Shown piece after piece: positions 1 through 15,912 of a stretch of 64,000 nucleotides of DNA. The notes beneath the pieces are model-generated. The model did not search any database and was not told the origin of the DNA. It saw only the letters and a list, made by a program, of their open reading frames with translations. Made by a program: the position numbers and the translations under genes. Each line of letters starts with the position of its first letter. Within the stretch, counting starts at the first letter, position 1. The DNA is from the human T2T-CHM13v2.0 reference genome, Homo sapiens: assembly GCF_009914755.1 (NCBI RefSeq), contig NC_060938.1; one strand, 5' to 3'.

Positions 1-73
1 CTCGGAGCGGGCGGCCCGGGCTGTAGTGCCGGCGCCGCCGCGTCTTCCCGGTCTCCTTTCCCGGCCGCACAGG
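1..73 (+). other. KTN1: KTN1 exon 1 (5'UTR; 5' end probably upstream of the window)
   Basis: Donor CAGG|GTGAGG at 73/74 in the CpG island; no ATG in the visible exon. Confidence 0.85.
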
Positions 74-1000
74 GTGAGGGAGAGCAGGCCGCACCGGGAC
101 GGGCGCCGGCGGCGGGGAGCGCGGGGGGAGGCGGCGCCGGCCGCGGGGTCCTGGGGCAGGCGGGAGGGCCGCGCCGGGCGGGGGGGCGCGGCCGCGGGGC
201 CCGGACGCCGCCCGCTGGGTAGGCCTCGGGCATCCGGTTGCCGCCGCGGGGCTCTTGTTGGGGCCGGGACGCCGCAGGGGGCGGGCTCGGAGGGACCTCC
301 TCGGCCTCGCGGGGCCGCTCTGGGCCCGACCCCGGCTCTGTCGCGGCACCCGGGGCGCGGCCGAGGGACACCCCCCACCCTCCCCAAGGACGACTCTCCC
401 GAAGGCGAGGTCGACCCGAGCGGGCCCTGGGGTGACCGAGGCACCTATTTTTAGCCAAGCCTGAGGGCCCCCGGGAGGGAAGGCGGATTACCGCCTCCTC
501 GGCCGGTGGACGGAGGCAGCGCGTCTCCGGCGGCGTCCCCGGGCCGGAGCTGGGCCACACTTACGCCATGCTGGAGTTCCAGTCCTCGCCGCTGCCTCCG
601 GCGGTCTGGGCGCTCGCCCCCTTCCCCGGCGCCCCTCCCGCTGCCCTTTGCGAGTCCCCAGGTCAGGGCGGGAGGCGGTTGGGCACGGAAAGCAGCATGA
701 GGGGGGACTTTGGAAAAATCCATGGACCACTCTCGACACCGGCGAAGTTATCCCTTCCTGTCCCCGAGGGGTGTGTCCTAGCGATTCGGCCTGACCCCTT
801 CAGTTTCCAAAAGTGAGATTTTTGGCCTTGGGGACCTCGCCGGAAAACTACGCGGGAAGTCTAGAGAAGTCGTCTGGCTCTCAGCCATACGTCTGGTGTG
901 GGATGTGCAGCCCCGCATGCTGGCGGTGAAGGCGCTGGGTGCACTAGATGTGGGCAGCCCCGGACGCGGGCAGCGGCGTCCCAGCCGGCCCCAGTTGCAC
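1..1000. promoter_or_regulatory. KTN1: CpG island / promoter-proximal region with GC boxes and G-runs
   Basis: Very high GC and CpG density to ~1 kb, then an abrupt switch to AT-rich sequence. Contains GGGCGG motifs. Confidence 0.92.
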
Positions 1001-1130
1001 CTTGACTAGGTTAGGTTGAAAGTAAGCTGTTCAGTGTTGGCCCTTCTTTCCTGTGGGAGGAAGGAGGAATCTAAATTCAGAACTGTGTTGGCAAACGGAT
1101 TCCTTAGCCGCTATTTAAGTTAGTAGTGCT

Positions 1131-1284
1131 TAAAGAGCTACGGTTGAAGTTAACTGTTAAGGTGTGTGTGTGTGTGTGAGTGTGTGTGTGTGATGACTTT
1201 GTGGAAAGCCTTGAGTAAAGAGCTACGGTTGAAGTTAACTGTTAAGGTGTGTGTGTGTGTGATGACTTTGTGGAAAGCCTTGAG
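1131..1284. repeat. Tandem duplication (85 + 69 bp) with an internal (GT)n microsatellite
   Basis: TAAAGAGCTACGGTTGAAGTTAACTGTTAAG-(GT)n-GATGACTTTGTGGAAAGCCTTGAG occurs twice. Confidence 0.95.
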
Positions 1285-1464
1285 AAATGTAGACACTCAT
1301 GGCCAGCCCAGCTAAAGATAAGCATCTTCGGTGAACTAAAGGTTCTGAATTGTATAGGAGTTGACTTAAAGTTAGAATTTTTGCTAAATTAGGTTGCATT
1401 TGTTTTCCTTAGCTTACCTAGCAGGCTAATGGCAACAGTGTCTCCAGTTTGGTCCGAAGCAATT

Positions 1465-1522
1465 GCTGGTGAGACTTGGGATAATGATCCCAAGCTGGTG
1501 AGACTTGGGATAATGATCCCAA
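1465..1522. repeat. Perfect 29-bp tandem duplication
   Basis: GCTGGTGAGACTTGGGATAATGATCCCAA x2. Confidence 0.97.
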
Positions 1523-3269
1523 GAATAACACTAAATTACTCTTGAGTATTTTGGGTAGACATGCCTTGCAGTAGACTTTCATATTTGATGTGCTGCCTGA
1601 TAAAAAAGGCTCTTTTTTTTTTTCCTTTTTCCTTTTTTTTTAGTTTAAGGATCTAACCTGAAATAGCTGGGTCTGTTCATGAGTTTCCCTCCCACCCCAA
1701 CATTGAGTTTCAAATGTCTCTTCTAATTTTGTAGCCTTCATCAGACATAACAATACCTTATCAAGTGAGCTTAGAGAATAAGGTGTTCTACTTGATTTAC
1801 TTGAGGCTGATAATGAATTTGAAAATATAACAAGATCTATTGAAAAATTTTCTTAATACTTGAAAATTATAAAGAATATCAAGTATTTAACTCTTAATGA
1901 TTCAGCGTCAGCATTATGAAGAGACATTTACGATTTTGTTTCCAATTTAGATCTTTCTGTATTCTTTTAATACCAGTAGTCTCTTCTGTTTGATGTTGTG
2001 TTTGTCCCTAAAAATGCCTCACTTCAGTCTCCCTTCTAGTTTATAGGCTTTAATCTGCTTTTGGTAGGGAGATCGTTTTAATAATTATATTTTTAATATC
2101 AGTCAATATGGCTTTTTAAAAGAGCCTAAGACGTGAAAACCTTTTTGAGACTTCTAAAGAACCCATATTAAGATTGTCACTGTTCTTAAGTTCTTAACTT
2201 GAATTTTAAGTTATGGTTAAAAGTTCTTAATCAGCCTGTCATGGTTAAGATGACACGTAGAATACTGAATCATAATTGTTTTTTTAAAAGTTGAATGTGT
2301 CTTATACATTTCCTATGTGTAAGTTAATTTCTTAACTTGAATGGAACATGTGTTTTTAATTGTATGCCTATAATTTTTATAGCAAATGAAGTTTTAACCT
2401 GAAAGATCTCCAATACTTTGTTAAAATATTAAATTGTTAATGAACTTAAGTGGTTCTAGGAAGGTTTTGGTTCTCTTGGGAATCTGACCTAATATGTAAT
2501 AAGGAAATGAGAAAAATCGTGCTTTGCAAGATCGTTCATATATTTGAGAATACACCTTATGACCTGCTTGTTCTCTGTACTGTTTTTAGTGACTTTGAAG
2601 GTAAATCCAGAGTATACTTAGAGGATACAAGCAAGTAACTATTTCTCTAGAAGTGACATTGGTGATCACTCATGCTCAAAGAGAATTGCATTTCATTGCT
2701 TCCTCTTTCAGTTCCTGTGAACATGACTTTGTCCCAATCAAAAAATGTAATTTATTTTCAAATCACTGGGAAAATATTGGTCTAGATGAGAATATAAGCC
2801 TTTTTCCCTCCTCTATAAATAGAAAATTAAACATTAAGGGGAAGAACCTTATGTGCTGTGAACTAAGGGGTTTAATTTAACCTTCTGTATCTGAGGTCTA
2901 GAGAAAGAGAAATAATGACAGTTTACAACTGTGTGCCGAGCTGTTGTGCTTAAATGTGTTTTTGACAGAGGTGGCAGTGAAAACTAGGCTATTTTTCTTT
3001 TTTAAAAAATGGTACAAGCTTTTAATTGGTTTTATGTAAAAGAAAATAGGCAAGATATACTTTTAATTCTAACAATAGTTTTAGTAGATACTCTGATAGG
3101 AAATATAATATTCCTCGGAAATGTAGAAGACATACCCTAAAAAAAGTTATGATTTAGTATTTTACGAATCGTCCTAGCTACTACAGGGAGATTAAGAACT
3201 CTTCCGTAACTTAAATCTGGTTTCAGCAAAGTGATTTGTACACTAAATGTAATTTGTTTGCACTCTTCT

Positions 3270-4903
<1,634 letters not shown>

Positions 4904-5919
4904 TCATTATTGGATACATGTAGTTTTCAGTTTGCTCCTTTCCTCTTTCAGGGATGGTCAGAGAGTGGAAGAAAGTGGCATGGAGCCTTTGGGAGCTGCT
5001 TGGTGGAAGGAATGATGTTAGAGTGTGGTGGAGACCCTCTTACATACTCCACATGATTAGGACCATTTGTTAGTTAATTCAAAAAGTTGGTTAAAGCAAG
5101 GAATCAAAATATATGTGCACCTTAAATGTTTTCACTTAAAATATTTGATTTTACTTTTATTTGCCTTTTTATTTTTACTGATTTCTTTTCTTAAAATAAA
5201 GGTTATCCTGATTTTCCTTTCATAGATTGTACTCTAAAAGCATTATCTATGATTTCTAGTATTGGTTTCTTTAAAGTGGAATGAAAAGATAGGCACTGGG
5301 AAACTCTCCAAGTACAAAATCTTTATAGATTTTTCCAGTTATTCATCAAGGCCTTCCAAAGGATTTAATGTCATTTTTATAGAAATAACACCTTTTGACT
5401 CTATTTTCATGTTTGATAGATATATAGAAATAAGTGAGTAGGAGAGTAATTGCTAGCCAGAAACAGCTTTCTGAAGACACCAGCCCATGTATTTTTACAA
5501 AGGAGGAGAATGTCAGTTAATCCAGTGAGAGATCCTGTAAGACAGCTTCCACTTTGAATAGGTTCCATAGGGGCCGTAGGATCATAGCAGCCTATAATTA
5601 CTAGAAGAGAATGTTATTTACCCTTATTTCTTTATTTTGACTCTGAGTAACATCTACAATTAGTTTTCAGAACTTATGTGAATTCAAGTAAGTGTACATT
5701 GTCTATCAGGAGACATGATGTTACACTGCATTTTCGCTGGAAAATGTGGGACAATTATTATTCTTATGCATGAGTCATTGAGTTGTTAAGGAAACAATCT
5801 GGTCTGGTATAATAAGCTGGAAGTCACTAGTTAGGAGACCTACAGGTCTTAGACCTTATTAACTCTAAGGTTTTATGCAAGTTCTTTATTGTCCAGTTCT
5901 TTAATTACATAATGTTCTG

Positions 5920-6300
5920 TGGGGTAGTGGAAACAGCTTGGGCACTAGGGAGCCTGAAGACCTTGGGCTTGAATTTAGTTTTGCTAGTCAGTACCACTTA
6001 CTGCATGTGTGATCTTAACCTATATTAACCTGCCTAAGGCTCATTAAGGAATTATCTTACCTCAGTAGTTGCCTCATAAGTGATAGCTAACATTGGAGTA
6101 CATATTTGCTGTCAAACTCTAAATGCTTTAGGTGCATTATCATATCATATCATATTTAATCTTCTCAACAACCTTATGAGGTAGGTACTATTTGGTGAAA
6201 ACTAGGGAGACAAATAATTTGTTCAAAGACACAAATATCTTTAGGAGGAGCCTGAATTTTAACTGAGGCATTCTGACTTAGAGCCCATTCTTACCCGTTG
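5920..6300. mobile_element. MIR fragments (both orientations)
   Basis: MIR core motifs CCACTTACTGCATGTGTGATCTT and CAACAACCTTATGAGGTAGGTACTATT. Confidence 0.6.
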
Positions 6301-7724
6301 AGCTGTTTTATAAGAATGCTTTCTGAAGAAAACAAAACGCTGTCCATGTGCAGCTGTCTAATGTTAGGCATTACAAAGCTAAATTAAGGTTATAAGGATC
6401 CCCCTCCCCCCCATAGGAATTAGAAGATTAATTCTTAAAACTAGTGATTTAAATTTAAAGACTTGAAGTTTTTCAAGTGGAGAAAACAGTAAAAGCTACT
6501 TAAACCACATGCTATAAAATGTTTTAGTTATATGGAAAGCAGTAGATAGAATGTCGTCCTTTTGTTTCCAAGAAACTTTTCTGTTTCATTTCCTGCATAT
6601 GTTCATTATAAGTTACTCTTGTGTGATCTTATAGACATTTCTTAATGGTTACCTCGAAAACGCCAACTCTGACCCTACCTAAAAATGCATACCCTCCCTA
6701 TTCTTTGTCACAGCCTTATTTTTATTCATTGCATTATCAGTCACAACCTGATGTTATAATACGCTTATTTCTTTCTTGGTATCTGCCTCACCTACAAGAA
6801 TATAAATAATGTGAGGCAGGGACTGTCTTGTTCATCGCTGTGAACTATATGTCTGACACCTAGCTAGTGCTCAATTTGAATGAATGGATGGTCTGATGCT
6901 TGAAAATGATTGGGACTCATTGAGTCTTTTGCTTTACTTGCCATCCTTTATTAGCATGGCTAACTGAGTGGTATTTGGTATGCCATATAAAGTGAAACTC
7001 TAAGAATAAGGGTTTTAGGTTTACTCTTGGGAGAGTGGAATGGAAAACAATTTGAAACATGAATTTCAGCAAAATGGGTGTGCTTAGTCCCAGTTAATCT
7101 TGTTCATCAGTAATGTAAGTGTTCTGAGTGGAATCTGTACATAAATAATTTAGTGAATGCTTGTGTTTAGATCTAATTACCTTTTGAAATAAATTTGGAC
7201 AAGCTAAGCTGTGCACTGAAAACTCCCTAGTGTTCTGAATGCTATGTTGCAGAACGTTGAAGATGTTGCCTTAAATCTGTAATATCCACACAGGTTGAAT
7301 TCACTTACGTGCCACCAACCTGTACTTGCCTACTTTATTGGGAAGTCATGTTCATTTGAAATGTTTCCGTAATTACTTTACGTAGTTTTCATAATCTGGG
7401 TCTCTTGAGGTTGGCTGAATGTCATGATTTCTGTAAAGGGAATTCCTCAAGCTTGTATTTAGTGCTCTTATTTCTGGGTACAGTTTCAGGTGCTGTGCTG
7501 GATAATCTTTGTGCTTGGTACTCTATTGCTGGAGAATCATTTCTTAAATAGCTTCCAGTTTGACTAGATGTTTGCTGTAATTTTAAGTTTAAATTGAATC
7601 CTTTTGTAAAAGTGGCTTAATTCTTTCACTCTTTTTTTTCTTTTAGTCTAAATAATTGGATTTAGTTTTAACTTGAAGTATTTCTGAGCTTGAAAATTCT
7701 GGAGCACTTTTCAAGTAAAAAATA

Positions 7725-8758
7725 CAGCTGACCTTTGGACAATGTGGGAATTAGGGGCACTAGCACCCTGTACAGTCAGAAATGTTTGTATAACTTTTGA
7801 CTCTCCAGAAACTTAACTACTAGTACCCTACTTTTGACTGGAAACCTTACCAATTACATAAATAGTCAATTAACATGTATATTGTACGTTATATGTATTA
7901 TATACTGTATTCTTATAATAAAGCTAAAGAAAAGAAAATGCTACTAAGAAAATCATAAGAGACTGTGTATTTACAATACTGTACTGTTTATTGATACCAT
8001 AAGTTTATATCATCTGTAAGATGAATCATCTGTCTGAAACAGTGAGCAACTGTAACTGCAGACCTCAGTCTAAGTACATATCAAGTAATTCAACTTTTCC
8101 TTGTCATGACTTTTCTCTGCTTCTCGGGAGCACTTCCAGCATTACTAGTGGCACTTGGCATGGGTCTCATGGTGTTATTCAGGGTTTACAGTGTTGTGCT
8201 AAAAATGATGAAAAATATGCGAGAACTATGATCACTTTTTACTGTGATACTGTTACTGGAAGGACAGAATGCTCATGTGGAGATAATTAGAGTCATGGAT
8301 AGGAGTCAGGGATACTTCAGACACTTGAGCTCACAGTAATACCAACAGGAGGTGGCCACAAAATTATTACAGTGGTACAGTATGTACTGCAGTTAATTTT
8401 ATGCAGTTGTGATTTGGTACTGTATCTTGACCTTTGTTTACATTTCTATCTATTGCAAATGGCACCATGTACAGTAACCATATAGGGTCTGGTTTGTGTA
8501 AGTTTTGATAAATTTTAACTTTATTATTTGTGTATATTTTATGGTAGTAAATTATGAAATAGACTGGGATCTACATATATTTTATGCATTCATGACATTT
8601 TTCTTAATTTTTTTCAATATTTCTAGGCTGTGGTTTCCCTGTGAGTTTTTTTCATATTGTTGCAGTCTCCAAAAAATTTTCCAATATAGTTACCGAAAAA
8701 AAAATCTGCATGAAGTGGACCCACACAGTTTAAACCCATAGTGTTCAAAGGTCAGTTA
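7725..8758. mobile_element. Tigger2-family (TcMar) non-autonomous DNA transposon, Tigger2b-like
   Basis: Degenerate TIRs CAGCTGACCTTTGGACAA ... GTGTTCAAAGGTCAGTTA, flanking TA, ~1.03 kb. Confidence 0.8.
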
Positions 8759-9026
8759 TACATTCAAGATTAGCCTTGGAATTATACATAAAATACAGCC
8801 GAGGCATTTACCTTGTCTGAGGTTTTGGGGAGAAAAGAAGTAATTCATAAATATAAGTTAGTTGTAAAGTGATGAAAGCCGAATTTTTGTCTGCTCTTTT
8901 AGGATTAATTACCTGGCATAAATTGGTAGTTATATTTCATATCCTTTCAGTGTTATGTAACCTTCATTTAAGCAGAAAGTCCTGGCAGCATTCAAAATAA
9001 CATACTACTTTTGGTATAAAGAGATT

Positions 9027-9675
<649 letters not shown>

Positions 9676-10397
9676 TTATTTATCTGATTTCTTAAGGTAG
9701 CTTTGTAATAAGTAAAAACAAAACAAAACAAAAAAAACCACACATACAAACCTAGATATTTTCTGTAAACATTTTTAATAGATTTCTTATTTTAAAGGAC
9801 TTTTCTTTTTGGGGAAAATTTCTTCCAAAGTAGGAATAACTTTCTACAATTATTCAGTGCTTTTATTGTAATTGTATAAGTTAAGAAGCAGGGAAGCTTA
9901 TGCCTGTTTGCTTGTTTGTTTTGATTTACATTTATCTCTTCCTACTTGTCTTTTTATTGTTTTATTGAAAGTTGAAACCACTATTAAATGATTCAGACAT
10001 ATAAGAATGTATAATGTATATGTACAGTTTAAAGATTAAATATAAAATGAACATCTGTGTACTGAACACCTGTGTACCTTTCTCTCAGCTTTAAATTTTT
10101 TCTTTTAAAATAAAATACGTATGAGATAATATTTTAAGAGTACGTGTAAGATATAAAGACATAATGAACAGCCTTGTATCTAATACCCAGTTTGAGAACA
10201 TAATCCTTTTTATTTCTTTATGTCCCTTCCCACACTCTAACCACTACCTTTCTTACCTTTGCTTTTCTTTTAGTTTTGCCAGATCTAGTTGTATCCCTAT
10301 TTTGTTGTTTTGTTGGTTTTTGAACTCTAAATGGAATCCTTCTGTATGAGTTTATTTGTAACTTCCTGTTTCCCCTCAACCTTGTTATCAGGATATT

Positions 10398-10692
10398 CTT
10401 TTTTTTTTTTTTGAGATGGAGTCTCGCTCTGTTGCCCAGGCTGGAGTGCAGTGGCGCGATCTTGGCTGACTGCAACCGCTGCCTCCTAGGTTCAAGCGAT
10501 TTTCCTGCATCAGCCTCTTGAGTAGCTGGGATTACAGGCATGCACCACCACGTCCAGCTAATTTTTATATTTTTAGTAGAGACGGGGTTTCACCATGTTG
10601 GCAAGGCTGGTCTCGATCTCCTGACCTTGTGATCCACCCGCCTTGGCCTCCCAAAGTGCTGGGATTACAGGCATGAGCCACCATGCCCGGCC
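10398..10692 (-). mobile_element. Alu (AluS-like)
   Basis: Antisense Alu; TSD CAGGATATTCTT. Confidence 0.95.
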
Positions 10693-11300
10693 CAGGATAT
10701 TCTTTCACCATGTTGTATGTAGCTCTAACTCATTTGGCTACTTCATGTATGAATATTTTACAACCTGTTTCCTGTTGGACATTGGGTTTCTAGGTATTTT
10801 TGTTGTTAGTATACACAGTGCTGCTATGAACACCTTGAATAGCATAGGTCTATTTGTTGCACTTGTGTCTCTAGGATAGTGTTTTTTTTCAAACTTTTTG
10901 TTACCACTAACAATAAGAAACACATTTTAAATTATGACTCAGTATATTATCAGGTATACTATTCCATGCTGTTCTGTTTCATTAAAACTAAAAACGCTAG
11001 TCAAGACCTAAGTTTTATGCTAATCGCTAGTGAGTTGAGACTAGAGTGTAGATAGTTTTGGGGCTTATGACTAGCTAGAAATAGAATTGCTGGATTGTAG
11101 GAGACAAGACATTTTCAACTTTACTAGTTAGTGTAAATTGTTTTCTTTCCAATATAAATGTGCCAGTTTATTCCTGTCACCAGTGTATATGTGTGATGGC
11201 TCCACATTCTTCCCTATACATGATAATGGCAAAAACCAGTTAGCCTATTGTGTGTGAATTGATACATTGTATGTCTTGCATTTCTTTCTTTCTCTCTTTC

Positions 11301-11594
<294 letters not shown>

Positions 11595-12159
11595 TTGCAT
11601 TTCTGATTAATGAGAGAAAACATATTTTCAGAGTTTGCTGGGCACTAGTTTCCTTTTCTCTGAAATGACTGTTCATTTTTCTGTTGGGTTTATCTTTTTG
11701 GGTGGCAAGATTTCTTCATATGTTCTGAATACTAATTATTTGCCAATTATGTGTTATAAATGTCTTCCTACTTTGTGGCTTGTCTTCTGACTTTCTTATG
11801 GTGTCTCTATTAAAAGTTAAAAATTTTAATGTAGTTGAATTTATCAGTGTTTTCCTTTTATAATTTGTACTTTGTGTCTAGTTTAAGAAATTCTTCTCTA
11901 CCTCACGGTTATGAAGATGTTCTTGCATGTTGTCTTAAAAAGTTTTATGTTGTCTCACAGTTCTTTCCCTGGAATTGATTTTTGTTTCTTCCCCTTTATG
12001 CTGTTTTCTTTTTTCCAAGATTTCCACTGCTTACCATTTCAGTTTTTAAGGGCTAAAATGTGTTTATTTATAGATGCTTTGAAATAATACTTTGACAGTA
12101 TGGAGTTGTTTCGAGGATTGCATCTACAACTTACTTTTAGAGTCATAAGAAAATAATTG

Positions 12160-12324
12160 CAGTTGACCCTTGAACAACATGGGTTTGAACTGCACGGGTC
12201 CACTTATACATGGAGCAGGATGGTGAAACCTGAGTAGATGGGCTATGGGACTTGACTATGGGAGATTTTGGTGTACCTGTGTGTGTCCTTAAACCAATTT
12301 TTGGCGCATACTGAGGGATGACTG
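12160..12324 (-). mobile_element. MER8 (Tigger-derived MITE), internally deleted
   Basis: CAGTTGACCCTTGAACAACATGGGTTTGAACTGC ... ATACTGAGGGATGACTG. Confidence 0.75.
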
Positions 12325-15300
12325 TATGTAGGAGTGTTTTGAAAAAGAAACTTTGGATAGTTATTCAATAAACTTTGAAGTCCCTCCTCCAGTCCCTATT
12401 TGACATCCTAAGTGTTTTGTAAATATTTCACAGTGATGCCAGTGTTTGCATGTGGTTTTCTTAAATTGTTTTGCACATATATTGTGAAGTAGATCTTTGT
12501 GCTTGGTATTTTGAATATGTATGGACAAACTTCTATGTATACAGCTTGTACTTAGAGTATACTTACAGTATGAGGAATCAAATCTTTAATTTTGAAAAAT
12601 TCTCACCTCTTTAAATATTGCTTCTTTTATTTTCACTTTTCTCTTTTGCTAGACCTGTCTTGGAGGCTAAGTTTATCCCGTGTTTTTAATTGTTCTATCA
12701 TTTTTTTCTCTTTTCTGTGCTTCATACTAGGTGAATTCATTACTGTCTAGCAATTTACCATTTTATTTTTCTATTTTGTCTAGAGTGTATTGTATCTGTT
12801 GAGTCTATATGCCAGTATCTATAATTTTCATATTTTAAATTTGGAATTGCTTTTTCATAATCACCTGTTTCAATTCTCTTTGTTTGGCAACCCTTTTGCT
12901 ACTTAGAAAACCTCTATCTCCTTCTTTAACATGTTCAAATTTAAAAATCTTTGTCAGACCATTTCATAAAACATCTGGTGTGAATTCGTGTTTTTATATG
13001 ATTGTTTTTTCTCATTAAATTTCTTGCTATGTTTTGGATTAAAAAAACTGGTTTTAATGTTGGACAGACTCATTATTTTGACAACTCTTGCATTCAAATC
13101 AAAACTCTGAAATTTAATCTTATTTTTGAATTTACTAATTGATCAGAAATAGACACCCCCCCCCCAAAAAAAAAAAAAGAAAACTTGTTAAACACTGTGA
13201 GGGTACTATCAACAAAATTCACACTGGGAAACGCGCTAGGACTAGCTGCTTGGTTTTTTTTCCCTTCCCAACTAAAAGTTCTAAGAATTGTAAGAAACTG
13301 AAAAATAAAGAGATAGGTATAGTACGTGAAAGGAGACAAGAAATATACCAGTCAAGGAATAACAAAATACTTGCAAAGCACTTGGGGAACGTGAACGAAC
13401 ACTAGCTTTGCATTAAGGAATTACTAATTTTTAATTTGCTATGACATTGGATGTTTTGTTGTCTTTTTTTTTTCTCCAGGCTTGGAGCTTCTGTAAAGTT
13501 ATAGCTCTGGATTTGCAGTGTCATTGTTTTTCTCCCCTCTCCTCCCCTCTCTTTTTTTACCTTTTTATTTTTTTGAAACCTCTCTTTTTACAAGCTGTGC
13601 AAATCTTGACCCCTTGGTGTCAGGCGATGAACCTTGTTCTGTTTTGTTGCTGTTACCTTTAGGAACTGAACTATCCAGCCATCTTCCTGGTTCCTTCTTC
13701 CCTCTACTGCACTTAAGATATGGGTTACTGTTTTGAATTTTTATTGCATTTCTCACCCAGTACGATGTTTATCTTAGTTTTGAGTTTAGCCATATCTTTT
13801 AAATTTCCTTTTATATTCGTGCAAAAGGTTGGTGCAAAAGTAATATTTCACACTATTACTAAGTATTTGGAGGAGGATCCTTATTGGAAGTCGTTATCTT
13901 CATTTCTACCTATCTTAGGCTTACTTGTTTTTTGAATCCCAGCTTATGTATCCTGAGTAGTATTCACAGTGTATCCTGAGTGCTCTAGTTCAGTGATCTG
14001 TTCCCTTCCTTTGCACAAATCTTTTAATCTTGTTGAATATTATTCAGCTCTACAGAACACATCTGATATTAGCATCACACTAATTTATGATTATATAATA
14101 ATTAGTTAGACTCTTTAAGCATTGAAATGTGATTCTTGCTTTTGCTGCTTGATCTCACTCATCCTGTGTTTCTTCGTTCTGTTTTGGAGTTGCTGTTCCC
14201 ACTCAAGCAGAGTAGAGTTTTTTTTTTTTTTTTTTCATTTTTGAGTTTGGACTGGTATCCATTGTTGTGTGAAATATTTTTGCTTGTTGTCTCCAACTTG
14301 AAAATCAAATATCCAATGTTTTGAATTCATTCTTGAAAACCCTGCTGCTAATTTAAAAGCTATTAAATGAAAGCCTATTTCCATTAATTTTAGTAGGGAA
14401 TTATGATGCGGTATTTCATCCCAAACAGTTTTCACACGTAGGTAAATATTAATCTAACAATGAAGACAAATTTGTGTAGGTATAAACAAGTTGAAAGTAA
14501 ATACACTTTATACATAAAATATAATGTAGTATAATGAAGGCTAATTGTATTTGCCAAAGGAGAAAGAAGATTTGATAGTGGATGGTAGTGTAGTTGGTAG
14601 AGTGTCACTTTTTGGGAAGTCTGTTTCTTCTGTACTGTGTTTTTTCACCAATTCAAGCTTTCTGGAGTTCAGAGTTACCTTGCATTCAGTCTGCACTTAA
14701 GTTGTCTGCACAGAAAAGCACCACTAGGGCAATAACAAACACAAGTTGTTCACAACACGGGAAATAGAACACATGCAGAAAAGACGGAGTTGTAGGAGCT
14801 GGAAGCTCATTGACTTTCTTGCTCTGCATATGTACACGAAGCATATCTAGGTTCATCCAGTGTACTGTATGTACAGTATAGATCTGTTCCATATGATTTA
14901 CGCTGATGGGAAATAATTACGTTGAATAAAACATTGAGTCTGAAATCATAAATGTTGAAATTTCACTCTATAGAATATTTTGTGTGTGCTTAGGTAAACA
15001 GTCACTAATACCAAAAAAGGTCATTGCTTGAAAAGTGGTAATTTTCAAGAGCCATTTTGATGAAAACCAGTTAAATGAACAGCTCATTATGTGGTTAAGT
15101 CTGTAGTAGACTTAGTAATGTGGTGTTCCAGCTTATCTGAACTAGTTGTCAGAATTTCTGCTATTCTAACCAGGTAACTCAAAGAGTAACACAGGATAAT
15201 ACAAATCTTACGTTCTGAAACCTTTAATTGGTTTGCCCTTTGTTCTCATCCTCATATTCAACACATTTGTAAACTGGCAAGATTATCTTTAATTGATTAA

Positions 15301-15593
15301 AATGTTAGTAAGGTCAGGCTTAGTTTTTTGGTACATTGTTAAGATACTTTCTAAACCATTAATTGTCAACTTTGGGATATTATTGTTTAACCTTTTAAAT
15401 ATTCTTCAATTTATGCCAGTATTCAGCCATGTTCAGGATTTATCAATCTTGTCTCCAAGGATAGCTTGTTTACTTTATTGACTGTTCTGACAAAATCAGA
15501 CATTCCATAATGTGTATTGGGTTTTCCTGATTTAGTAACCCTTTTATTTAAAAAGGTATCGGAGTGATTTTTTTTAATAGTGACTGGTTTGGC

Positions 15594-15912
15594 GGCTGGG
15601 CGCGGTGGCTCACGCCTGTAATCCCAATACTTTGGGAGGCCGAGGTGGGCGGATCATGAGGTCAGGAGATCAAGACCATCCTGGCTAACATGGTGAAACC
15701 CCGTCTCTACCAAAAATACAAAAAAATTAGCTGGGTGTGGTGGCAGGCGCCTGTAGTCCCAGCTACTCAGGAGGCTGAAGCAGGAGAATGGTGTGAACCT
15801 GGGAGGCGGAGCTTACAGTGAGCTGAGATCGTGCCACTGCACTCCAGCATGGGCGACAGAGCAAGACTCAATAGCAAAAAAAAAAAAAAAAAAAGTAAAA
15901 ATAAAATAAATA
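15594..15912 (+). mobile_element. Alu (AluY-like)
   Basis: GATCAAGACCATCCTGGCTAAC and GGAGCTT diagnostic positions; A-rich tail. Confidence 0.95.

Noticed and set aside
26-816. Several 64-142 aa ORFs in the CpG island
   Set aside because: Low-complexity R/G/P/A products are expected from stop-poor GC-rich DNA; most cross the exon 1 donor or start at non-ATG codons.
1465-1523. Palindromic 29-bp repeat resembling a CRISPR direct repeat
   Set aside because: Only two abutting copies, no spacers, no cas genes, and a eukaryotic intron context.
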